Positions 10,141 through 21,601 of a DNA stretch of 64,000 nt are shown here, in pieces. Below the pieces are notes generated by a model. That model did no database searches, was not told the DNA's origin, and was given only the letters and a program-made list of their open reading frames with translations. The DNA comes from Eledone cirrhosa. Taxonomy: Eukaryota. A program made the position numbers and the translations under genes. Where the stretch lies: contig OZ024744.1 in NCBI GenBank assembly GCA_964016885.1, forward strand, positions 120,528,001 through 120,592,000. Direction: 5' to 3'. Every line of letters starts with the position of its first letter. Position 1 is the stretch's first letter.

Positions 10141-13100
10141 ATTCTTTCCTAAGATATTCTAACCACATGTCATAGTATCAGAGCTGTGATCTCTCAATTC
10201 AGAGATTCTTTCCTGAGACATTCTAGCCACAAGTCATAGTATCAGATCTGTGATATCTCAATTGAGAGATTCTTTCCTGAGATATGTTCACCACATATCA
10301 TAGTATCAGAGCTGTCATCTCTCAATTCAGAGATTCTTTCCTGAGGCGTTCTAACCACATGTCATAATATCAGAGCTATGATCTGTCAATTCAGAGATTC
10401 TTTCCTGAAACATTCTAACCACATGTATGTAGTATCAGAGCTGTGATCTGTTGTATCAGAGCTGTGATCTCTCAATTCAGAGATTCTTTCCTGAGACATT
10501 CTAACTCCATGTAATAGTATGAGAGCTGTGATCTCTCAATTCAGAGATTCTTTCCTGAGAAATTCTAACCACATGTCTATAGTATCAGCGCTGTGATCTC
10601 TCAATTCAGAGATTCTTTCATGATACATTCTAACCACATGTCATAGTATCAGAGCTGTGATCTCTCAATTCAGAGATTCTTTCCTGAGACATTATAACCA
10701 CTTGTCATATTATCAGTGCTGTGATCTCTCAATTCAGAGATTCTTTCCAGACATATTCTAACCACATGTCATAGTATCAGAGCTGTGATCTCTCAATTCA
10801 GAGATTCTTTCCTAGGATATTCTAACCACATGTCATAGTATCAGAGCTGTGATCTCTCAACTCAGAGATTCTTTCCTGAGACATTCTAGCCACATGTCAT
10901 AGTATTAGAGCTGTGATCTCTCAATTCAGAGATTCTTTCCTGAGACATTCTTACGACATGTCATATTATCAGAGCTATGATATCTCAATTCAGAGATTCT
11001 TTCCTGAGACATTCTAACCACATGTCATAGTATCAGAGCTGTGATCTCTTAATTTAGAGATTCTTTCCTGAGATATTCTAACCACATGTCATAGTTTCAG
11101 AGCTGTCATCTCTCAATTCAGAGATTCTTTCCTGAGACATTCTAACCACATGTCACAGTATCAGAGCTGTGATCTCTCAATTCAGAGATTCTTTCCTGAG
11201 ACATTCTAACCACATGTCCACAGTATCAGAGCTGTGATCTCTCAATTCAGAGATTCTTTCTTGAGACATTCTAACTCCATGTCCACATTATCAGAGCTGT
11301 GATATCTCAATTCAGAGATTCTTTCCTGAGACATTCTAACCACATGTCATAGTATTAGAGCTGTGATCTCTCAATTTAGAGATTCTTTCCTGAGACATTC
11401 TAACCACATGTCATAGTATCAGAGCTGTGATATCTCAATTCAGAGATTCTTTGCTGAGACATTCTAACCACATGTCTGTAGTATCAGAGCAGTATGCCCT
11501 CAATTCAGAGATTCTTTCCTGAGACATTCTAACCACATGTCATAGTATCAGAGCTGTGATCTCTCAATTCAGATATTCTTTCCTGAGACATTCTAACCAC
11601 ATGTCATAGTATCAGATTTGTGATCTCTCAATTCAGAGATTCTTTCATGAGATATTCTAACCACATGTCATAGTATCAGAGCTGTGATCTCTGAATTCAG
11701 AGATTCTTTCCTGAGACATTCTAACCACATGTCACAGTATCAGAGCTGTGATCTCTCAATTCAGAGATTCTTTCCTCAGACATTCTAACCACATCTCATA
11801 GTATCAGAGCTGTGATCTCTCAATTCAGAGATTCTTTCCTGAGACATTCTAACCACATGTCATAGTATCAGAGCTGTGATCTCTCAATTCAGATATTCTT
11901 TCCTGAGACATTATAACCACATGTCATAGGATCAGAGTTGTGATCTCTCAATTCAGAGATTCTTTCCTGAGATATTCTAACCACATGTCATAGTATCCGA
12001 GCTGTGATCTCTCAATTCGGAGATTCTTTCCTGAGACATTCTAACCACATGTCATAGTATTAGAGCTGGGATCTCTCAATTCAGACATTCTTTCCTGAGA
12101 CATTCTAACCACATGTCGTAGTATCAGAGCTGTGATCCCTCAATTCAGAGATTCTTTCCTGAGACATTATAACCACAAGTCATAGTATCTGAGCTGTGAT
12201 ATCTCAATTGAGAGATTCTTTCCTGAGATATGTTAACCACATATCATATTATCAGAGCTGTCATCTCTCAATTCAGAGATTCTTTCCTGAGACGTTCTAA
12301 CCACATGTCATAATATCAGAGCTATGATCTCTCAATTCAGAGATTCTTTCCTGAAACATTCTAACCACATGTCTGTAGTATCACATCTGTGATCTCTCAA
12401 TTCAGAGATTCTTTCCTGATACATTCTAACCACATGTCATAGTATCAGAGCTGTGATCTCTCAATTCAGAGATTCTTTCCTGAGACATTCTAACCACATG
12501 TCATAGTATCAGAACTGTGATCTCTCAATTCAGAGATTCTTTCCTCAGACATTCTAACCACATCTCATATTATCAGATCTGTGAGCTCTCAATTCAGAGA
12601 TTCTTTCCTGAGATATTCTAACCACATGTCATAGTATCAGATCTGTGATATCTCAATTCAGAGATTCTTTCCTGAGACATTCCAACTCCATGTCCACATT
12701 ATCAGAGTTGTGAACTCTCAATTCAGAGATTCTTTCCTGAGACATTCTAACCACATGTCATAGTATCAGAGCTGTGATCTCTCAATTCAGAGATCCATTC
12801 CTGAGACATTCTAACCACATATCATAGTATCAGAGCTGTGATCTCTCAATTCAGATATTCTTTCCTGAGACATTCTAACCACATGTCATAGGATCAGATT
12901 TGTGATCTCTCAATTCAGAGATTCTTTCCTAAGATATTCTAACCACATGTCATAGTATCAGAGCTGTGATCTCTCAATTCAGAGATTCTTTCCTGAGACA
13001 TTCTAGCCACAAGTCATAGTATCAGATCTGTGATATCTCAATTGAGAGATTCTTTCCTGAGATATGTTCACCACATATCATAGTATCAGATCTGTCATCT

Positions 13101-14210
13101 CTCAATTCAGAGATTCTTTCCTGAGGCGTTCTAACCACATGTCATAATATCAGAGCTATGATCTGTCAATTCAGAGATTCTTTCCTGAAACATTCTAACC
13201 ACATGTATGTATTATCAGAGCTGTGATCTGTAGTATCAGAGCTGTGATCTCTCAATTCAGAGATTCTTTCCTGAGACATTCTAACTCCATGTAATAGTAT
13301 GAGAGCTGTGATCTCTCAATTCAGAGATTCTTTCCTGAGAAATTCTAACCACATGTCTATAGTATCAGAGCTGTGATCTCTCAATTCAGAGATTCTTTCA
13401 TGATACATTCTAACCTCATGTCATAGTATCAGAGCTGTGATCTCTCAATTCAGAGATTCTTTCCTGAGACATTCTAACCACATGTCATATTATCAGTGCT
13501 GTGATCTCTCAATTCAGAGATTCTTTCCAGACATATTCTAACCACATGTCATAGTATCAGAGCTGTGATCTCTCAATTCAGAGATTCTTTCCTAGGATAT
13601 TCTAACCACATGTCATAGTATCAGACCTGTGATCTCTCAATTCAGAGATTCTTTCCTGAGATATGTCATATTATCAGAGCTATGATATCTCAATTCAGAG
13701 ATTCTTTCCTGAGACATTCTAACCACATGTCATAGTATCAGAGCTGTGATCTCTTAATTTAGAGATTCTTTCCTGATATATTCTAACCACATGTCATAGT
13801 TTCAGAGCTGTCATCTCTCAATTCAGAGATTCTTTCCTGAGACATTCTAACCACATGTCACAGTATCAGAGCTGTGATCTCTCAATTCAGAGATTCTTTC
13901 CTGAGACATTCTAACCACATGTCCACAGTATCAGAGCTGTGATCTCTCAATTCAGAGATTCTTTCTTGAGACATTCTAACTCCATGTCCACATTATCAGA
14001 GCTGTGATATCTCAATTCAGAGATTCTTTCCTGAGACATTCTAACCACATGTCATAGTATTAGAGCTGTGATCTCTCAATTTAGAGATTCTTTCCTGAGA
14101 CATTCTAACCACATGTCATAGTATCAGAGCTGTGATATCTCAATTCAGAGATTCTTTCCTGAGACATTCTAACCACATGTCTGTAGTATCAGAGCAGTAT
14201 GCCCTCAATT
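8920..14210. repeat. Tandem duplication of a ~2.7-3.0-kb block with monomer-unit indels
   Basis: acatctg 9411/12383 (2972), cattcc 9888/12796 (2908), 21-bp insertion 10428/13208 (2780). The offset shrinks in multiples of 64. Confidence 0.85.
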
Positions 14211-17200
14211 CAGAGATTCTTTCCTGCGACATTCTAACCACATGTCATAGTATCGGAGCTGTCATCTCTCAATTAAGAGATTCTTTCCTGAGACATACTA
14301 ACCAAATGTTATAGTATCAGAGCTGTGATCTCTCAATTCAGAGATTCTTTCCTGAGATATTCTAACCACATGTCATAGTATCAGATCTGTGATCTCTCAA
14401 TTCAGAGATTCTTTCTTGAGACATTCTAAATCCATGTCCACAGTATCAGAGCTGTGAACTCTCAATTCAGAGATTCTTTCCTGAGACATTCGAACCACAT
14501 GTCATAGTATCAGATCTGTGATCTGTCAATTCAGAGATTCTTTCCTGAGACATTCTAACCACATGTCACACTATCAGAGCTGTGATCTCTCAATTCAGAG
14601 ATTCTTTCCTCAGACATTCTAACCACATCTCATAGTATCAGAGCTGTGATCTCTCAATTCAGAGATTCTTTCCTGAGACATTCTAACCACATGTCATAAT
14701 ATCAGAGCTATGATCTGTCAATTCAGAGATTCTTTCCTGATACATTCTAACCACATGTCATAGTATCAGAACTGTGATCTCTCAATTCAGAGATTCTTTC
14801 CTGAGACATTCTAACCACCTGTCATAGTATTAGAGCTGTGATCTCTCAATTCAGAGATTCTTTCCTGATACATTCTAACCACATGTCATAGTATCAGAGC
14901 TGTGATCTCTCAATTCAGAGATTCTTTCCTGAGACATTCTAACCACATGTCATAGTATCAGAGCTGTGATCTCTTAAATTTAAAGCTTCTTTCCTGAGAC
15001 ATTCTAACCACATGTCATAGTATCAGAGCTGTGATCTCTCAATTCAGAGATTCTTTCCTGACATATTCTAACCACATGTAAATAGTATCTGAGCTGTGAT
15101 CTCTCAATTCAGAGATTCTTTCCTAGGATATTCTAACCACATGTCATAGTATCAGAGCTGTGATCTCTCAACTCAGAGATTCTTTCCTGAGACATTCTAA
15201 CCACATGTCATAGTATTAGAGCTGTGATCTCTCAATTCAGAGATTCTTTCCTGAGACATTCTTACGACATGTCATATTATCAGAGCTGTGATCTCTTAAA
15301 TTTAAAGCTTCTTTCCTGAGACATTCTAACCACATGTCATATTATCAGAGCTATGATATCTCAATTCAGAGATTCTTTCCTGAGACATTCTAACCACATG
15401 TCATAGTATCAGAGCTGTGATCTCTTAATTTAGAGATTCTTTCATGAGATATTCTAACCACATGTCATAGTATCAGAGCTGTGATCTCCCAATTCAGAGA
15501 TTCTTTCATGTTACATGCTAACCACATGTCATATTATTAGAGCTGTGATCTCTCAATTCAGAGATTCTTTCCTGAGACATTCTAACCACATGTCATAGTA
15601 TCAGAGCTGTGATATCTCAATTCAGAGATTCTTTCCTGAGATATTCTAACTACATGTCATAGTTTCAGAGCTGTCATCTCTCAATTCAGAGATTCTTTCC
15701 TGAGACATTCTAACCACATGTCACAGTATCAGAGCTGTGATCTCTCAATTCAGAGATTCTTTCCTGGGACATTCTAACCACATGTCATAGTATCAGTGCT
15801 GTGATCTCTCAATTCAGATATTCTTTCCTGAGATATTCTAACCACATGTCATAGTATCAGATCTGTGATCTCTCAATTCAGAGATTCTTTCTTGAGACAT
15901 TCTAACTCCATGTCCACATTATCAGAGCTGTGATATCTCAATTCAGAGATTCTTTCATGAGACATTCTTACCACATGTCATAGTATTAGAGCTGTGATAT
16001 CTCAATTCAGAGATTCTTTCCTGAGACATTGTAACCACATGTCTGTAGTATCAGAGCAGTATGCTCTCAATTCAGATATTCTTTCCTGCGACATTCTAAC
16101 CACATGTCATAGTATCGGAGCTGTCATCTCTCAATTCAGAGATTCTTTCCTGAGACATACTAACCAAATGTCATAGTATCAGAGCTGTGATATCTCAATT
16201 CAGAGATTCTTTCCTGAGATATTCTAACCACATGTCATAGTATCAGATCTGTGATCTCTCAATTAAGAGATTCTTTCTTGAGACATTCTAACTCCATGTC
16301 CACAGTATCAGAGCTGTGAACTCTCAATTCAGAGATTCTTTCCTGAGACATTCTAACCACATGTCATAGTATCAGAGCTTTGATCTCTCAATTCAGAGAT
16401 TCTTTCCTGTGACATTCTAACCACATGTCACACTATCAGAGCTGTGATCTCGCAATTCAGAGATTCTTTCCTCAGACATTCTAACCACATCTCATAGTAT
16501 CAGAGCTGTGATCTCTCAATTCAGAGATTCTTTCCTGAGACATTCTAACCACATGTCATAATATCAGAGCTGTCATCTCTCAATTCAGAGATTCTTTCCT
16601 GAGACGTTCTAACCGCATCTCGTAATATCAGAGCTATGATCTGTCAATTCAGAGATTCTTTCCTGATACATTCTAACCACATGTCATAGTATCAGAACTG
16701 TGATCTCTCAATTCAGAAATTCTTTCCTGAGACATTCTAACCACATGTCATAGTATTAGAGCTGTGATCTCTCAATTCAGAGATTCTTTTCTGAGAAATT
16801 CTAACCACATATCTGTAGTATCAGAGCTGTGATCTCTCAATTCAGAGATTCTTTCCTGAGACATTCTAACTCCATGTCCACAGTATCAGTGCTGTGATCT
16901 CTCAATTCAAAGATTCTTTCCTGAGACATTCTAACCACATGTCATAGTATCAGTGCTGTGATCTCTCAATTCAGAGATTCTTTCCTAAGATATTCTAACC
17001 ACATGTCATAGTATCAGAGCTGTGATCTCTCAATTTAGAGATTCTTTCCTAGGATATTCTAACCACATGTCATAGTATCAGAGCTGTGATATCTCATCTC
17101 AGAGATTCTTTCCTGAGACATTCTAACCACATGTCACACTATCAGAGCTGTGATCTCTCAATTCAGAGAATCTTTCCTCAGACATTCTAACCACATCTCA

Positions 17201-17539
17201 TAATATCAGAGCTGTGATCTCTCAATTAAGAGATTCTTTCCTGAGACATTCTATCCACATGTCATAGTATCAGAGCTGTGATCTCTCAATTCAGATATTC
17301 TTTCCTGAGACATTCTAACCACATGTCATAGGATCAGAGTTGTGATCTCTCAATTCAGAGATTCTTTCCTGAGATATTCTAACCACATGTCATAGTATCA
17401 GAGCTGTGATCTCTCAATTCAGAGATTCTTTCCTGAGACATTCTAACCTCATGTCATAGTATTAGAGCTGGGATCTCTCAATTCAGAGATTCTTTCCTGA
17501 GACATTCTAACCACATGTCATAGTATCAGAGCTGTGATC

Positions 17540-20460
17540 TCTCAATTCAGAGATTCTTTCCTGAGACATTCTAACCACAAGTCATAGTATCAGACCTGTG
17601 ATATCTCAATTGAGAGATTCTTTCCTGAGATATGTTAACCACATATCATATTATCAGAGCTGTCATCTCTCAATTCAGAGATTCTTTCCTGAGACGTTCT
17701 AACCACATGTCATAATATCAGAGCTATGATCTCTCAATTCAGATAGTCTTTCCTGAAACATTCTAACCACATGTCTGTAGTATCAGAGCTGTGATCTCTC
17801 AATTCAGAGATTCTTTCCTGATACATTCTAACCACATGCCATAGTATCAGAGCTGTGATCTCTCAAATCAGAGATTCTTTCCTGAGATATTTTAACCACA
17901 TATCATAGTATCAGAGCTGTGATCTCTCAATTCAGAGATTATCTCCTGATACATTCTAACCACATGTCATAGTATCAGAGCTGTGATCTCTCAATTCAGA
18001 GATTCTTTCCTGAGACATTCTAACCACGTCATAGTATTAGAGCTGTGATCTCTCAATTCAGAGATTCTTTCCTGAGACATTCTAAACACATTTCATAGTA
18101 TCAGAGCTGTGATCTCTCAATTTAGATATTCTTTCCTGAGATAATCTAACCACATGTCATAGTATCAGATCTGTGATATCTCAATTCAGAGATTCTTTCT
18201 TGAGACATTCCAACTCCATGTCCACATTATCAGAGCTGTGAACTCTCAATTCAGAGATTCTTTCCTGAGACATTCTAACCACATGTCACAGTATCAGAGC
18301 TGTGATCTCTCAATTCAGATATTCTTTCCTGAGACATTCTAACCACATGTCATAGGATCGGAGTTGTGATCTCTCAATTCAGAGATTCTTTCCTAAGATA
18401 TTCTAACCACATATCATAGTATCAGATCTGTGATATCTCAATTCAGAGATTCTTTCTTGAGACATTCCAACTCCATGTCCACATTATCAGAGCTGTGAAC
18501 TCTCAATTCAGAGATTCTTTCCTGAGACATTCTAACCACATGTCAAAGTATCAGAGCTGTCATCTCTCAATTCAGAGATTCTTTCCTGAGACGTTCTAAC
18601 CACATGTCATAATATCAGAGCTATGATCTGTCAATTCAGAGATTCTTTCCTGAAACATTCTAACCACATGTATGTAGTATCAGAGCTGTGATCTCTCAAT
18701 TCAGAGATTCTTTCCTGATACATTCTAACCACATGTCATAATATCAGAATTGTGATCTCTCAATTCAGAGATTCTTTCCTGAGACATTCTTACGACATGT
18801 CATATTATCAGAGCTGTGATCTCTTAAATTTAGAGATTCTTTCCTGAGACATTCTAACCACATGTCATATTATCAGAGCTATGATATGTCAATTCAGAGA
18901 TTGTTTCCTGAGACATTCTTACGACATGTCATATTATCAGAGCTGTGATCTCTCAATTCAAAGATTCTTTCCTGAGACATTCTAACCACATGTCATAGTA
19001 TCAGTGCTGTGATCTCTCAATTCAGAGATTCTTTCCTAAGATATTCTAACCACATGTCATAGTATCAGAGCTGTGATCTCTCAATTTAGAGATTCTTTCC
19101 TAGGATATTCTAACCACATGTCATAGTATCAGAGCTGTGATCTCTCAACTCTGAGATTCTTTCCTGAGACATTCTAACCACATGTCATAGTATTAGAGCT
19201 GTGATCTCTCAATTCAGAGATTCTTTCCTGAGACATTCTTACGACATGTCATATTATCAGAGCTGTGATCTCTTAAATTTAGAGATTCTTTCCTGAGACA
19301 TTCTAACCACATGTCATATTATCAGAGCTATGATATCTCAATTCAGAGATTGTTTCCTGAGACATTCTAACCACATGTCATAGTATCAGAGCTGTGATTT
19401 CTCAATTTAGATATTCTTTCCTGAGACATTCTAACCTCATGTCATAGTATCGGAGCTGTGATCTCTCAATTCAGAGATTCTTTCCTGAGACATTCTAACC
19501 ACATCTCATAGTATCGGAGCTGTGATCTCTCAATTCAGAGATTCTTTCCTGAGACATTCTAACCACAAGTCATAGTATCAGACCTGTGATATCTCAATTG
19601 AGAGATTCTTTCCTGAGATATGTTAACCACGTATCATATTATCAGAGCTGTCATCTCACAATTCAGAGATTCTTTCCTGAGACGTTCTAACCACATATCA
19701 TAATATCAGAGCTATGATCTCTCAATTCAGATATTCTTTCCTGAAACATTCTAACCACATGTCTGTATTATCAGAGCTGTGATCTCTCAACTCTGAGATT
19801 CTTTCCTGAGACATTCTAACCACATGTCATAGTATTAGAGCTGTGATCTCTCAATTCAGAGATTCTTTCCTGAGACATTCTTACGACATGTCATATTATC
19901 AGAGCTGTGATCTCTTAAATTTAGAGATTCTTTCCTGAGACATTCTAACCACATATTATATTATCAGAGCTATGATATCTCAATTCAGAGATTGTTTCCT
20001 GAGACATTCTAACCACATGTCATATTATCAGAGCTGTGATCTCTCAAATCAGAGATTCTTTCCTGAGATATTTTAACCACATATCATAGTATCAGAGCTG
20101 TGATCTCTCAATTCAGAGATTCTCTCCTGATACATTCTAACCACATGTCATAGTATCAGAGCTGTGATCTCTCAATTCAGAGATTCTTTCCTGAGACATT
20201 CTAACCACGTCATAGTATTAGAGCTGTGATCTCTCAATTCAGAGATTCTTTCCTGAGACATTCTAAACACATTTCATAGTATCAGAGCTGTGATCTCTCA
20301 ATTTAGATATTCTTTCCTGAGATAATCTAACCACATGTCATAGTATCAGATCTGTGATATCTCAATTCAGAGATTCTTTCTTGAGACATTCCAACTCCAT
20401 GTCCACATTATCAGAGCTGTGAACTCTCAATTCAGAGATTCTTTCCTGAGACATTCTAAC
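17540..20460. repeat. Duplicated block at offset 1988 then 2181 bp (three extra monomers in the second copy)
   Basis: gacctgtgatatc 17593/19581; cacgtc 18025/20206; gataatctaac 18140/20321. Confidence 0.75.
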
Positions 20461-21601
20461 CACATGTCATAGTATGAGAGCTGTGATCTCTCAATTCAGA
20501 GATTCTTTCCTGAGACATTCTAACCACATGTCATAGTATCGGAGCTGTGATCTCTCAATTCAGAGATTCTTTCCTGAGACATTCTAACCACATGTCATAG
20601 TATCGGAGCTGTGATCTCTCAATTCAGAGATTCTTTCCTGAGACATTCTAACCACATGTCATATTATTAGAGCTGTGGTCTCTCAATTCAGAGATTCATT
20701 CCTGAGAAATTCGAACCACATGTCTGTAGTATCAGAGCTGTGATCTCTCAATTCAGAGATTCTTTCATGAGACATTCTAACCACATGTCATAGTATCAGA
20801 GCTGTGATCTCTCAATTCAGAGATTCTCTCCTGGAATATTCTAACCACATGTCATAGTATCAGAGCAGTGATCTCTCAATTCAGAGATTCTTTCCTGAGA
20901 CATTCTAACCACGTCATAGTATTAGAGCTGTGATCTCTCAATTCAGAGATTCTTTCCTGAGACATTCTAAACACATTTCATAGTATCAGAGCTGTGATCT
21001 CTCAATTTAGATATTCTTTCCTGAGATATTCTAACCACATGTCATAGTATTAGAGCTGTGATATCTCAATTCAGAGATTCTTTCCTGAGATATTCTAACC
21101 ACATGTCATAGTATCACAGCTGTGATCTCTCAATTCAGAGATTCTTTCTTGAGACATTCTAACCACATGTCATAGTATGAGAGCTGTGATCTCTCAATTC
21201 AGAGATTCTTTCCTGAGACATTCTAACCACATGTCATAGTATTAGAGCTATGATCTCTCAATTCAGAGAATCTTTCCTGAGACATTCTAACCACATGTCA
21301 TAGTATCAGAGCTGTATGCACTCAATTCAGAGATTCTTTCCTGAGACATTCTAACCACATGTCATAGTATCGGAGCTGTGATCTCTCAATTCAGGGATTC
21401 TTTCCTCAGACATTCTAACCACATGTCATAGTATCAGAGCTGTGATCTCTCAATTCAGAGAATCTTTTCTGAGACATTCTAACCACATGTCACAGTATCA
21501 GAGCTGTGATCTCTCAATTCAGAGATTCTTTCTGAGACATTCTAACTCCATGTCCACAGTATCAGAGCTGTGATCTCTCAATTCAGAGATTCTTTCCTGG
21601 G

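Noticed and set aside
18025-20321. The same 2181-bp offset as the 33.9-38.3 kb duplication, suggesting a fixed 34-mer HOR
   Set aside because: The blocks have different variant content, and this offset results from 1988 plus a three-monomer insertion, so it is probably coincidental.
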